The notes: generated by a model from the sequence alone, not told the origin. 64,000 nt of DNA from Laetmonice hystrix (GCA_965235115.1 OZ249436.1:51028001-51092000), one strand, 5' to 3'; positions 1 to 14,103 are shown, counted from the first letter of the stretch. Numbers and translations: made by a program.

Positions 1-260
1 CGCTTACACAGTTACAGACTGACAGAATATTCACACTTGTAGCGATACTTTCCCGGGTCTCTTCACGACTTGAAAATGTCAGGTTATAGGACATTCTCGC
101 TTACACAGTTACAGACTGACAGAATATTCACACTTGAAGCGATACATTCCTGGGTCTCTTCACGACTTGATAATGTCAGGCTAGGACATTCTCGCTTACA
201 CAGTTACAGCACAGAATAGGTACTCTGTGGTTACAGGCTGACAGAATATTCACACTTGTT
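1..260. repeat. ~96-bp tandem repeat, ~2.5 copies, truncated by window start
   Basis: cgcttacacagttacag recurs near 1, 98 and 193. Confidence 0.85.
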
Positions 261-1926
261 ACATTACTGCCCTTAAAGGGATATTATACACATGCAAGGC
301 ATTCTGCTCACTAGCATATTTAGAGGTGTTTAGTGCGGACCTCGGCCCTGAGTTGGCTATGGTATCTAATAGTGATATGATACATACAACAGCTCCCTGC
401 CAGTAAACTGTACTTCCCATCCGACACTATTGATATTAGATATAACGGTCTTTTTTTACCTAATCAACAACTTCCTCGGGCCCAGCTGGCTTATGCGCTG
501 CACGCGTCGAACGGTAATCGTGCATTAAGCCACAACCACTTCTCCCACGTTCAACAAGTCACTGCCTTGGAATAACACCCCATGTCTGCGTTTTATTTAG
601 ATGTCTGAATATCACTTACCCACCACTAATGGCGGAAGCTAGTGGAGAGGGTATGGAGCAGTCTGGCCATTAATGTCGCGCCAAACTGTCGGCGTGACCT
701 TCTGTGCGACCCCGGCCGGCGTGTCGCTATGTATATGTGTGGCTCGCCTGATTGGCTTCGATCGGAAGCCACGTATGTGCTACCCGCGTGAAGGCCACCT
801 GCACTGGGCCCGAACACCTGGCACCGACCGATCAGATGGAGGGACGCAACGGGCAAATCAGTGGTATAGAGGGTCAGGGCGCCTGTGGTGAGGAGAGTAG
901 ACTTACAACATGGCCGTAAAGGAAAAAGCAAATCAAACAAGTAAGGCCATTAAACTGAGAGTACCTCAAAAGACCAGCTGGGTGTATGCTTCAGAATCTA
1001 TAGATATAGTTTGTATGTAGGCCCTATACGTCTGTTGACGTGCCCGCAGTAAAAGTTAAATTTGCAACATATGCAACTTTAAACAACAATGCCGTGGAAG
1101 GGCACTTTGAATTATGAAATCAATAAAAGCACCGTCCACTGAAACCTGGGAGGATCGCGTTACTGGCTAGCATGGGTTCTGATTACAGCCGACTGCAAGC
1201 CATGTTTGGGGAGGACTAGCGTTCGGCGGACCACAGCCAGGGTCCCCATAGCAAACAGTTTGCCACCGCTTTGCCGCACATTATGACCGCACGTCCGGGA
1301 CCGCACGTCCGGAGTGGTACCCAGCGCGAAGTTTCCGCGTAAACATGTTGTCAACTCGCGCTCATGAAAAGGCCGGCTGGAATCCTTGAGACATGTTTGT
1401 ACAGTTCAAAAAACGAATTATTCCCGTGTGGATATTGAATCGGTTGAGTCTACAGCAGGGGACCTGGACCTCGTATCAAATGTTGTCATGTTAGTGGCGA
1501 TCTGTGTGTATTGATCGGACGGGGCTGGGGTGCCGAGGTGAGGTGGGGTGGGGGTGTTATAACCCCATCCTTTACAGCATAGGCCTGGTAACATCATTCC
1601 TACACACAATATATCACTATGTCGAATGCCAAAAGGTTTCTGCGTGCCTATAACGTGTAAACAATGTCCTGGAAAGAGCCGAAATACTTCCGTAGATGAA
1701 ACCTTTACGTCGTATATAAATACCGTCAGCTATCCGTACTGGATCTGTGCCTTTTGACGTCACGATCGAGAGCTTCCGGTCGAGGTCCGGTTTACGCCTG
1801 TTTCACTAAATGTTGCTCCTATCCTCGAGGTGGACTAAAGTTGAGGAATTCAGACAGAGTTATATTTATGTTATATCCAACATTTAATAGAATCCATTGA
1901 CACGACCCCACAATGTTACAATAGGG

Positions 1927-2665
1927 GTCGATGTATACTATACGAGTACAGACCTATTGGCCTATACAATAGTGGATGCTATCAGACTCGGGGCGCCTAC
2001 GTGTCGATGTATACTGTACGAGTACAGACCTATTGGCCGATGCTATCAGACTCGGGGCGCCTACGTGTCGATGTATACTATACGAGCACAGACCTATTGG
2101 CCTATACAATAGTGGATGCTATCAGACTCTGGGCGCCTACGTGTCGATGTATACTATACGAGTACAGACTTATTGGCCTATACAATAGTGGATGCTATCA
2201 GACTCTGGGCGCCTACGTGTCGATGTATACTATACGAGTACAGACCTATTGGCCTATACAATAGTGGATGCTATCAGACTCTGGGCGTCTACGTGTTGAT
2301 GTATACTATACGAGTACAGACCTATTGGCCTATACAATAGTGGATGCTATCAGACTCGGGGCGCCTACGTGTCGATGTATACTATACGAGTACAGACCTA
2401 TTGGCCTATACAATAGTGGATGCTATCAGACTCGGGGCGCCTACGTGTTGATGTATACTATACGAGTACAGACCTATTGGCCTATACAATAGTGGATGCT
2501 ATCAGACTCGGGGCGCCTACGTGTTGATGTATACTATACGAGTACAGACCTATTGGCCGATGCTATCAGACTCGGGGCGCCTACGTGTCGATGTATACTA
2601 TACGAGTACAGACCTATTGGCCTATACAATAGTGGATGCTATCAGACTCGGGGCGCCTACGTGTC
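1927..2665. repeat. 76-bp minisatellite, ~10 copies, with shorter deletion variants
   Basis: Unit gtcgatgtatactatacgagtacagacctattggcctatacaatagtggatgctatcagactcggggcgcctacgt. Confidence 0.97.
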
Positions 2666-3872
2666 TTTCACAGGCATGAATCGATTCTCCATCCCACCCA
2701 GAAGCTTTCAGAGATGGAAGCAAGATTTAATGGCATGTCGTCATCGGTCATTATTTGTGAGGTCAGTGGAACAGGTGAATTATCTACAATCACTCTGCAT
2801 ATTAGCATAGTGGCGGCTTTGATTTTATTGGCAGTGGCTTCCCCGTTTATAAAAGGATGTCCGAGGAAAAATGCCCATAGAAAAATTCGTTAAAAAAATT
2901 ACGAATAAATCTCATGAATGAAAGGAACTATAGTTAAATACGTTTTAATTTGCGATATTTTGTTAGGTTATTTTGTCTTTCTGGAACGACAGTTTTTGTC
3001 GCGCCAATATGCGCCATTTTAACATTATTCGCATGTATTCAGGATAATGAGGCACAGGTTAGAAAAAAAGTATTGACTTATTGACTTTAGAAAAACACCC
3101 GCACAAATAAATATCATTGTCTACATAAGTTCATAATAACGGCTTTATGGTAATTGTAGTTACATTATTAAATTCCGAATCCCGGACAACATGCGTTGGA
3201 TCGACCTTCGGCACAAAGATTTCCTATAATCCAAACTTTCCATCATGAATTTATTTACTCATTTTAATTAGCTCCTGTTTCATTGTTCCAGACAGAGAGT
3301 TTGCTGCATAATTTAACACGTCAGATAATGTACGTCTTCTAATGTTTTTGTTAATTCAGCCAAACCACGCGAAGGGTGTCGTCGAAACACAAAGTATGTG
3401 TAAATAACTGATTGAAAACATGTCCGATATATCCATTATAAATGCTTTTATTAAGCCATCATTAAGTACTTAGGGTGTCGTTGGCCATACGGGAGCACAT
3501 GCATGGACGGGGGCGTTTTGTCCCAGTTTAAAGCATCAGAATTGCCCAAGTTCGGCCACACCTCTGGCTGACTGCATTATGACTATTCCCCATTTTGCTG
3601 GGACCTTGTCCATGCCACTTTCAGAGGGCCCTGGAGCCAGAATAACATGTGACGGTAATCAATCCAGACAGGACTGTGTGAACCCCTGCATTAAAACCCA
3701 TCAACACTCCATGCAGACCTATACCACAGCTAATATCCAAAGCCCAAAACCACGAGGCCGATGAGGTACACTATAAACGAATTTGTCATATAACTCTAAA
3801 TGGAAGTTGCTAATCATTGAAGATGTGATAGCCATGGGTCCAAGCCAAATACTGTTTTCTCCCACCATGCAC

Positions 3873-3875
3873 AGA

Positions 3876-3919
<44 letters not shown>

Positions 3920-4090
3920 CAGAGAGAGAGGGAGAGACAGAGAGGGGGAGAGAGACAGAGAGAGAGGGAGAGACAGAGAGACAGAGAGAGAGAGACAGGG
4001 GGAGAGAGACAGAGAGAGAGGGAGAGAGAGAGGGGGGAGAGAGACAGAGAGAGAGGGAGAGACGGAGAGAGAGGGAGAGAGACAGAAAGA
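3873..4090. repeat. Imperfect (GA)n microsatellite
   Basis: Direct reading. Confidence 0.97.
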
Positions 4091-6925
4091 GGTATGGTTT
4101 CCGTGTTTGTATGCACTCCTGTGTGTATATAAGCATAGAGCAATTCCCGTGTGATGAATGATGTGTCTATAATGAAGTCACCAATACTTTGATGCAGGGA
4201 TCGGCGGGTGTGTGTTACCACGACGGCCCCGACCACTCCCCGGACACTCCCCGACTCTCCCCGACCATGCTCCTAGAGCTCCACGGCAGGGACCAAACCT
4301 CATACACTACCACATACAGTCTGTTATTGTACGTGCACTGCTGAATGCCAGCGCCACTGACATACTAATTGAAGCTTCCAAAGAGACAGCATGTGGTCCA
4401 TAACGATAATAATAAACGGGATGGATTGAGTCCAGAGCGAATAGACAAACACTGCAACCAATTCTACTTGTCACGTCCTGCACGACCAATACACTATGAA
4501 ATATGGATGTAGGCATCCGTCTGCCAAAATAGATTGCATTTCTGACGAAAAACGCCTGCGCCTGGGCGTGGGATGCCTGCGTGCCGATATGTCGGAATGC
4601 TATGTTTGGAGGTAAAATGTACTTACTGACGGCCGTGACAGAAGTGCGACACATCATAGAGAGTATGAAAGGGCATGACGCTGCGGTAGGGATCACATCA
4701 GGGACGGAATCTAAAAGCGTGACTAATTGGTAATTGCAAACTTCGAGCGATCCGGCACCAGGGACGATTTAGGAGACGGCCAGGAGTTGATCTAGTGGGT
4801 GAGGCTCACACTGGGCATCGCCATTTGTTTGACTAGACGAGCTATGATGTGGCGGATGTCTTTCTCGCTAGCATGCAGTAACGCTATATAAGGGAGCCCT
4901 TTGGCGCAATGGTGATGGCTCTCATAGGCCGAGGTCAATGAGGGAATGTGGCGTCAGTTTCTACAGTAACGTGGGTAAATGAGTGACTATCGTGACATTA
5001 TTTCCACAGATTCAATCAAACTCAAAGCTTTGTGTTCAATTGTTGCTAAATTGGTGGCATCATGAAAATGAAATTGTCCATCCGGTGTTTTAAAAGGCGT
5101 TGTCAAAGTTAACAGGAAAGTATATTTAGTATATTGAGAAAATGTCCCTCATCAAGGTATGGATTGCAAACTTCTAACACAGGCGGCATTGCCAGCCTGC
5201 CTGTTGAGCTTTACCATACTTATACCTGGAATAGCCCGGGGATCTAGTAACCCGAGTGTAGGACAGATGGAAAAGATTTGATTTGAAATTGACCAATTTT
5301 CTTCATTTCAGGGAAGTAATCTTCGGCATTAGGGTGAGGATATGTTTGACGCGACAACGCATTACCACAGGGTGTCACTGATCCCGAAATGATGAAAGTA
5401 AATTCTTTTAATTCTAAAATATTGGCTGAACTTAGGTTCCGATCACACTGGTCCACGCCACGGCTTCGGAAGGGGGTAATTTGCAATAAAGCAGATAAAT
5501 TCAGATGTCACTGACTTACCATTTCCACTCATATATTAAATGTTATAGTATCCCACTAACCTTCCTTTTTGTATGTAGCCTAAGCCATACGTGCATGGTT
5601 ATGAGATATGTTATATACACACTGAGATTGATGTAGGCCTATCTTAAAGACCCACCGATATAGGCCTATTGCTATATAAAATGTAGCCTAACTCCAATAC
5701 AGCTCAAGGACAGCCTTAGAGAATTACCAAATTGGGACCTACGTCGCTGAAATAAGCATTTCTGGCTTGTTTTTCTTTTGTCTGACTCGTTCACTCTTTT
5801 CTCTTCTTCCGACGCATTTCCCTTCTCTTTCGTCATCCCCGCGTGCCCCTTTTAGATTATAAATACATATTTTGCAGGCGGCCACACTGAGTGGCACCAA
5901 TCGCTGAGCCTTGAGTAAATATGATGTAAGAAACCCAAGGTTGCAATCGTCTTTACAGCACGCAACGCATCGTTTACGACAATCCATCGTTTACGGCAGT
6001 GCGCCTTTCACAACAATCCCTCGTTTACGGCAATCCATCTGGCTGTTTACAGTGATCGCTCATGCAGGTCCACTCGTCTGGCCCTCCAGTCTGGGCAATC
6101 TTTCATTTTCTTTGGGTCGCAACTTCACAATGACGCACACTGTGGCGAGCTTCTATATAGCGAAAAGATTACCTAGAGTAGACCTTCTAGTGGTTTCAAC
6201 CAATTAAAAGCAGACTTAAAGATTGTCGCTTTGACAGATTGTTTTACTGGCTCAGCACTGGTATAAGCTCTGATAGGTCATGTTGGGTTGTTGCTAACAG
6301 CAGCCAGAGAGTAGAGCGTTCTTGGAAAGGATTTTTCTCAATACAGACCACGGAATAGATGGCGCCACCGGCGTCTATACGTTTATTTGCCGTGCCGTAA
6401 CGTCGTAAGAGAGAATTTTAATCTGCAAGTGAAGTGTAATTTACATTAAATTTGCAAAACATCCTTTACATCTAAATTAATCTTGCTTTATCATCATGAA
6501 CATATTATTCGGCTGTGGAAAGAAAATATATGACTGGTGATATAGGTTCCTTGCTTTGATTTACATGGCTAGTGTCTTTGATCTGTCAAATCTGGCTTAT
6601 AACTGCGGAAATTAAATATGCACCACTTGAGATGATAGGCTACATACAGAAGCGTGCAAGAATCCGTACTTCACATCCCGCCTGAGGCAAGGCGATGATA
6701 CTTCCACACAATCTCGCCACACTGTATGCCAACTGAGACACGTTCAGCGTAGTTTCCGAAACTTAAAGCCCGCAGTAAAGATATTGATTTCTGCTAGATG
6801 TTTGTTAAAGCTACTCACTGGTAAATGTGTTGGCGATGATGAAGGCACGTCCCCGGTCCACTGTTTCCCGTTTATGTCGGTAGAGGTTTTTAATCAAAGT
6901 GATTGCATTGCAGTCTAGCCTTTCT

Positions 6926-8091
6926 CCCCTACACCCACCCTGTACCACTACAGTCCCTACACCCACCCTATACTAATACAATCCCTACACCCACCCTATA
7001 CCACTACAATCCCTACACCCACCCTATACCACTACAATCCCTACACCCACCCTATACCACTACAATCCCTACACCCACCCTATACCACTACAATCCCTAC
7101 ACCCACCCTCTACCACTACAATCCCTACACCCACTCTATACCACTACAATCCCTACACCCACCCTATACCACTACAATCCCTACACCCACCCTATACCAC
7201 TACAATCCCTACACCCACCCTATACCACTACAATCCCTACACCCACACTACAATCCCTACACCCACCCTATACCACTACAATCCCTACACCCACCCTATA
7301 CCACTACAATCCCTACACCCACCCTATACCACTACAATCCCTACACCCACCCTATACCACTACAATCCCTACACCCACCCTCTACCACTTCAATCCCTAC
7401 ACCCACCCTATACCACTACAATCCCTACACCCACCCTATACCACTACAATCCCTACACCCACCCTATACCACTACAATCCCTACACCCACCCTATACCAC
7501 TACAATCCCTACACCCACCCTATACACTACAATCCCTACACCCACCCTATACCACTACAATCCCTACACCCACCCTCTACCACTACAATCCCTACACCCA
7601 CCCTATACCACTACAATCCCTACACCCACCCTCTACCACTACAATCCCTACACCCACTCTATACCACTATAATCCCTACACCCACCCTATACCACTACAA
7701 TCCCTACACCCACCCTATACCACTACAATCCCTACACCCACCCTATACCACTACAATCCCTACACCCACCCTCTACCACTACAATCCCTACACCCACCCT
7801 ATACCACTACAATCCCTACACCCACCCTATACCACTACAATCCCTACACCCACACTACAATCCCTACACCCACCCTATACCACTACAATCCCTACACCCA
7901 CACTACAATCCCTACACCCACCCTATACCACTACAATCCCTACACCCACCCTATACCACTACAATCCCTACACCCACCCTATACCACTACAATCCCTACA
8001 CCCACCCTATACCACTACAATCCCTACACCCACCCTCTACCACTACAATCCCTACACCCACACTACAATCCCTACACCCGCCCTCTACCAC
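6926..8091. repeat. 28-bp minisatellite, ~41 copies
   Basis: Unit ccctacacccaccctataccactacaat; almost no G on the + strand. Confidence 0.97.
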
Positions 8092-8243
8092 TCCTACTGG
8101 CATTAGCACCTTGTATTGGGTTTACATTCTGAGTATCTGCATGCGGTTCTACATGCATGTTTTATTCGTTATTCACCATTCAGCTGAATAAACCATGAAC
8201 CCTTAACATTCTGCACCCGGAGGAGCTCTCGGTCACAGGATTC

Positions 8244-8939
8244 AACGCCTGCCATGCAGACGGTCAGAACGCCTGCCATGCAGACGGTCAGACGGTCAGA
8301 ACGCCTGCCATGCAGACGGTCAGAACGCCTGCCATGCAGACGGTCAGAACGCCTGCCATGCAGACGGTCAGAACGCCTGCCATGCAGACGGTCAGAACGC
8401 CTGCCATGCAGACGGTCAGAACGCCTGCCATGCAGACGGTCAGAACGCCTGCCATGCAGACGGTCAGACGGTCAGAACGCCTGCCATGCAGACGGTCAGA
8501 CGGTCAGAACGCCTGCCATGCAGACGGTCAGAACGCCTGCCATGCAGACGGTCAGACGGTCAGAACGCCTGCCATGCAGACGGTCAGACGGTCAGAACGC
8601 CTGCCATGCAGACGGTCAGACGGTCAGAACGCCTGCCATGCAGACGGTCAGAACGCCTGCCATGCAGACGGTCAGACGGTCAGAACGCCTGCCATGCAGA
8701 CGGTCAGAACGCCTGCCATGCAGACGGTCAGACGGTCAGAACGCCTGCCATGCAGACGGTCAGAACGCCTGCCATGCAGACGGTCAGACGGTCAGAACGC
8801 CTGCCATGCAGACGGTCAGAACGCCTGCCGTGCAGACGGTCAGAACGCCTGCCGTGCAGACGGTCAAAACGCCTGCCGTGCAGACGGTCAGGACGCCTGC
8901 CATGCAGACGGTCAGAACGCCTGCCATGCAGACGGTCAG
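8244..8939. repeat. 24/32-bp minisatellite
   Basis: Unit gaacgcctgccatgcagacggtca with an optional extra gacggtca. Confidence 0.97.
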
Positions 8940-9560
8940 TCCTCGCAGAACTGATGGGTCTCGCAGATATTATACCCAGTAATGAAATCGTGGGTCTTGT
9001 GAAACAAGCCGTTTCTTCTTTTTCTAGCTCCTGTTACTGTCAGGAGCCGTAATGTAGACCTGTGTAGGCTAATCAGCTTTCTTGATATGTGGTTCCTGAC
9101 AGGTACAGCATAATATAATCATGAGCCTCAGGAAATGGCCTTTAGATTAACAAATGTAAACTGACCCTTTTAATATTTTTTCCTGCCTTTTTAAAAATAG
9201 AACCCATTAAAAGCAGTGTCATTAGAATCTATACGTTGTTGTGGATCCAAGCTTCTCCCCTCGAGACTTCCCCGCTCAGAGTTAATTCTAGTCACACGTC
9301 GTGTTTGTAACGTGCACAGTAGGCGGAGGACGACGGTAGTGATAAGTGCCCCGCGGAGCGATTCCAGTGTGAGGCTTATCTGAGGATTCCGGTCCACCCT
9401 GTCCTCCAGGTCACTTGGCCTCCAATCGCGCTCGATCTAAGTGGGAAGTCCCCAGAAATGGGACAGTCCCCACACCCATCTTATCATTGTTATAGCTTTC
9501 AGTAATGACTGTATCCTCATTATCTGTGTGTCATTTCCTGCATCCAGCACCAAGTTAGTA

Positions 9561-9656
9561 GTAAGTAGGCCTAGCCCACACCAAATCACGCAGTAAGTAG
9601 GCCTAGCCCACACCAAATCACGCAGTAAGTAGGCCTAGCCCACACCAAATCACGCA
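9561..9656. repeat. 32-bp tandem repeat x3
   Basis: gtaagtaggcctagcccacaccaaatcacgca three times. Confidence 0.95.
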
Positions 9657-9934
9657 GCATAGCCTAGATCTTTAATGACCTAGGCCTACATGTATATCCA
9701 CTGCTAGGCCTCCCCCTGGATCCCCCACTGCGATGGCTTGTGCTGGTGTGTTTTATTCAGTAGGTGGTACAACGAGGCCCAGATACTTTAGATACACGCA
9801 CTTGTAACAAATGCATTACTAGGTCCATCTGCTCGCTTTCAGAAAGTTAGCTGTGCGGGCTGCTGCTCGACCAGGATAGCCAATCAGATTTGTCGTAAGA
9901 AGATTTGGGAAGGACAATCAGACATAGGTTAACA

Positions 9935-10371
9935 ATGCCGGGCGGGCACCACCACCCCCACGTCGCTTCTCCGAAACACAACCACCGATCACATCACTCC
10001 CCACGTCACTCCCCACATGCGCACTCCCCGCATCGTTCCGGCCATGCGCCCTTGACGACCAACGTGACAACGGTGACGTCAACAACGTCACCGCGCAGCA
10101 GCCGACCTAAAGTTACACCACATCACGGCGTGGAGCACGCCGATGGGGCGTTTTCCCAATGGCAGCGATCCGCCAGCCCCCCACCAGCCCCCCAGTCGGA
10201 CCCCCCGAGTGGGGGGACTTCTCGCCAACCCAAGGGCCGCGCCAACAGGCACCGCCCTCCGGAGAAGCGCATGCACAGACAGGATAGTCGCTGCATGGCA
10301 ATACACAAAAGTTACGATGATGACAAGATTATCATGCCAACTGGACTCCCGGTGGAGTACGCAAACTCAAA
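9935..10371 (+). CDS. BAIAP3: Candidate first coding exon A (His/Pro/Ser-rich disordered N-terminus, 145 aa + 2 nt)
   Basis: ATG at 9935, GC-rich open frame, consensus donor AA|GTAAGT at 10372. Phase 2 matches the exon at 42735 (AA+A=Lys). Possible upstream acceptor ctcgctttcAG at 9841-9842. Confidence 0.7.
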
Positions 10372-11165
10372 GTAAGTGACTCGGCCTTATTATTATCATA
10401 GACCTATAGAGTATTATTTACATTATAATATAATAATATTGGTATAGGCCTAGGGGCTTTATAATACAATTTTGACAACGCTAAATCTAGGCATAAAATG
10501 AAAGTTATGACCTGTGCCCGGAAAAATCTTGCGAGAAAGTACAAGAAAAAATTGTCGAATGATTACATTGTGGAGCTCTCTCATTCATTCCAGTCGCACG
10601 AATGCAGAAGTAGACACCTATTTTATATTTTAGTCCAGTTTAGGCCTACATGATGCCCCAATTGTAACACGCCGAGAAAATCAACAGAATACGGTGACAG
10701 GCCCTTAGGCCCTACTGTATTTTTCCATATACAAGCGATGTGGTTTTTACCTATAAATATTAAAAAAAGGAATGGTGATCTAGAACATAGAACATCAAAA
10801 GTTGACTTTCGTATATAGCCGGCTTTAGAGGCTATGATTACGTTTGGCTGAATGTCACCATGACTACTACTGAATCACAGACGGTAACGTTCCCAGGTGA
10901 CACAACGTATATCAAAATCCCATTAGTAGTCCATTTACGGCGTTTCCTGAGTCATCACACGACGCACGGAATGAGAGACTGACTCTATATATATGCAAAC
11001 CAATATACTTTGAATGTTGCTGGTGTAAGAGAGAGGGCGAAGGCCAAGTCTGGTTGATGTGGCGACTTCAGTCATGTTATAGCGGGTTAACCGTGGCTTT
11101 CCTATCAGTTATTGTCAGGACCAGACTTACTCTCCCACATAATGTAACGTCTAGTATGTTATATT

Positions 11166-11298
11166 CAATGGCGGATAGAGGGGGTACCCCCCCCCCGAAA
11201 TCTTTCAAAAGCAGGGTCCATACTGAAAGTTGAGTTGAGCTAACCCGTGCCTTACCCCCCCCCCCCCCCCGCGACAAAAGTTCCCGAATCCGTCACTG
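11166..11298. mobile_element. Short MITE with CAGTGGCGGAT-type termini and internal G/C runs
   Basis: caatggcggat ... atccgtcactg imperfect terminal inverted repeats; atatt directly repeated on both flanks. Confidence 0.6.
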
Positions 11299-11306
11299 AT
11301 ATTAAG

Positions 11307-11598
11307 ATAATAAGAACAAATGGTGGTTCTCTCATTATCAAGTAGGCATATTATATAGTAGGCCTTGTATTCGTATCATCGATTCTTTTTTTAACGAAAG
11401 TACATAGTACATTCCCGTTCAATTTCCTTTTCTTACTATTAATCTTATTCTAAGATATTTTATTTATAAATATAATAACACAATCCTTCCAGTATTTTCT
11501 TTTCCTAACCCTTTCATAACTGATCGAAGGTTGTCTGACTATAAATGCCGTTAACCTAATTAAATCCACTATAGCTCTACGTGTATACAGTCCCTATA
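11307..11598. repeat. Dispersed ~290-bp repeat, copy 1
   Basis: Near-identical to 17493-17759 (ataataagaacaaatggtggttctc ... gtatacagtccctata). Confidence 0.95.
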
Positions 11599-12889
11599 TT
11601 AGAACATTCACGGTTCATTATTTATGAGTAATGTATGAAACCTCATTACTATGCCTAACATGCATCCAATGTCCCGCTATTATTCGTACCCCATCCCGGG
11701 CCCGTTCTCAAGGGATTCCAAAATGGGGTTTCCAATATACACCATGGATTTCCGATGCATTATTATTGTCACGTGAATTTGCACTGGGAACTCCAGCCAT
11801 TATAACCCATTTCCAGGCCATTCAGAGTGTTAACATACGACGATTATTTTCATATTTGCGTTTTAGCAGAGGACTCCAAATGGCACCTAATATTAATTTT
11901 GTTCCGTGAAGTGATGTTTGGAATGCATGGTGAAATATTGATTTCATGGGGAAATGTAAAGCCATTGGGACATTATGAAGCCCTGGACATTATGAAGGAA
12001 GTGTGCGGGGTGGTGTTCGACAGCTCTTGTCTAACTACATAACTTTTATATGCATGGGTTAATGGTCAAATCTTCCATGGGTATAATGTGTTATTATGTT
12101 TTCCACTTTAACTTTACAATCTGATGGTTCCTGCACGTGTATACTGCACGTCGGCATACATTAGGAGGGCCTGACAAGGTGCTGGATATTGAATTCTGAG
12201 ACCTGCCAGGCCCGAGGTGTGTAAACAGGCAGCGAGCCTGCAGGTATCACGTCCTCCTCAGCCCGCCAGCCTAGGTCTATGTCAGCATCAGGTGATTTGT
12301 TTCTCTTCTTGATATGTCAATGGTCCCACACATATCCCAACCGTCTGGCTCAAAGTCTTACCAATCTAAAAGTCCCTGAGTCGTCTTTTCCTTAGCAGCG
12401 TTCTGGTTTCTAAGCACACCTGTTACTTTGCCCACACGACCTGTCAATGAAACAAACAGACACGGTTATAGACTTAGACTGCCCGTCTGTCATCGATTAG
12501 CCATTAATAATGTGTGTAGAAAGGCAACTTGAGGCAGGTGCGTTGATAGAGTAGGACTTTTTGGATCTATTTGACTAAGCGAAGTGCCAACAGGAAAGGT
12601 GGAACGTTCTATGTCAGGTTTCATGAATATTTTTGTGAGATTTCATAGCCAGGAGCAGTATTCGTATATTTCCAATGAAAGGCTTTCAATGTATAAAGTA
12701 AATAAGCTTTAATTTACAGCTAAATGATGAATGAGATTCTTTACAATGTCATTATGTTTAAATGTGACTGTAATATTTGTACCAGTCAAGGACGTTGGGT
12801 AACACAACACCGTTCGTGCTATTTTTATAATAGTAAAAAGGAACATTATATTCAACTAACAGAAAGAACATTAAGTCACACCACCAGGA

Positions 12890-13275
12890 TCACGCTGGAT
12901 AGTCGATTTATCCTCTACCCACTAGATGAGGGTAGAGGGAGTAGTAGAGAGCGCAAGATTTTGCACTGTCGTGTTGCGTTCAACGTGACCGAACTCTGCA
13001 GTGCAAAATCTTGTGCTCTCTACTGCGACAGTCGAAGGGAAATGATATTCGACACGTTGGATGATTCTATGGATCCTTGCTTCCTCAGTGGCACGATGAA
13101 TCATAAATCTTACCTTCCCAAAGACTTATTTTCGTCAGGTTTTGTGAAGCTACCGCTGGCGTGTTGACATCTTGCCTTTGCCAGAATGCGTTGCAAACCA
13201 CACCAGAACCAGAGGGCATTGCCCTCATTGGAGGGCGCCTCCTCATCTAGAGGGCAAATCAACTTACCAGCGTGA
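12890..13275. mobile_element. Non-autonomous element with imperfect subterminal inverted repeats, Crypton-like
   Basis: tcacgctggatagtcgatttatcctcta...gatgagg (12890-12931) is inverted relative to cctcatctagagggcaaatcaacttaccagcgtga (13241-13275). Family call is by recalled resemblance only. Confidence 0.45.
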
Positions 13276-13782
13276 GGATATTAGTCCATACCTTCATAAT
13301 AAAACTGGAATTATCAGCTAATAAAGGTATATCAGTAATATCCGGTAGATTGATTCGGTATTTGATATATAGTGAGAATAAAGAAACTGTGTAACATAAT
13401 TATATATTCTAATCACCGGCATCAGCACAACACCAATAAGCCATATATTAACAATAAACTCGTATACGAGGTCATCAAAAGACCACAGTTCACAGTTCAA
13501 GTCATAAGACAATGGCCAAAGAGATGTTCAGGTCGCACCGGGTTAGCCTGAGATAAGTGGCCTCCCTATATATACCGACTGAAAGTCTGAGACGACAGAG
13601 AGACACTTTCAGCCAGAGAAAGAGATGTAGCGATGCAAGCAGACCAACACACAGGCCGTGTGTGAGAAAACGAGACCCACTATGGTCAAGGCGAGCTGTG
13701 ATTGCGTGACGTACAGCAATACAAACTTCTTTACCAAAACGATGGTCTCGTGTTTAACGTGTGGCAGTGTTCAGACTTGACA

Positions 13783-14103
13783 GTTACCACTGTCCCCCTC
13801 TATAGGGGACAGAGATAGCTACACCGACAGTCGTATCTCGGAGTTACCACTGTCTCCCTCTATAGGGGACAGAGATAGCTATACACCGACAGTCGTGTTA
13901 TCTCGGAGTTACCACTGTCTCCCTCTATAGGGGACAGAGATAGCTATACACCGACAGTCGTGTTATCTCGGAGTTACCACTGCCTCCCTCTATAGGGGAC
14001 AGAGATAGCTATACACCGACAGTCGTGTTATCTCGGAGTTACCACTGTCTTCCTCTATAGGGGACAGAGATAGCTATACACCGACAGTCGTGTTATCTCG
14101 GAG
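13783..14103. repeat. 65-bp tandem repeat x5 with internal hairpin
   Basis: Unit gttaccactgtctccctctataggggacagagatagctatacaccgacagtcgtgttatctcgga. Confidence 0.95.

Noticed and set aside
910..946. Short ATG-to-GTAAGG segment as a first exon
   Set aside because: Phase 1, incompatible with the exon at 42735; no other support.
3783..4236. RE-rich and SL-rich ORFs
   Set aside because: (GA)n microsatellite artefacts.
6349..6394. cacgg...ccgtg as a second excision footprint
   Set aside because: Only 5-bp inverted ends and no flanking direct repeat.
6903..9052. Long ORFs of 188-409 aa
   Set aside because: Minisatellite translations that are open in several frames and cycle through them.
12724..13167. 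147-aa ORF
   Set aside because: No recognisable domain or splice context; overlaps an inverted-repeat element.
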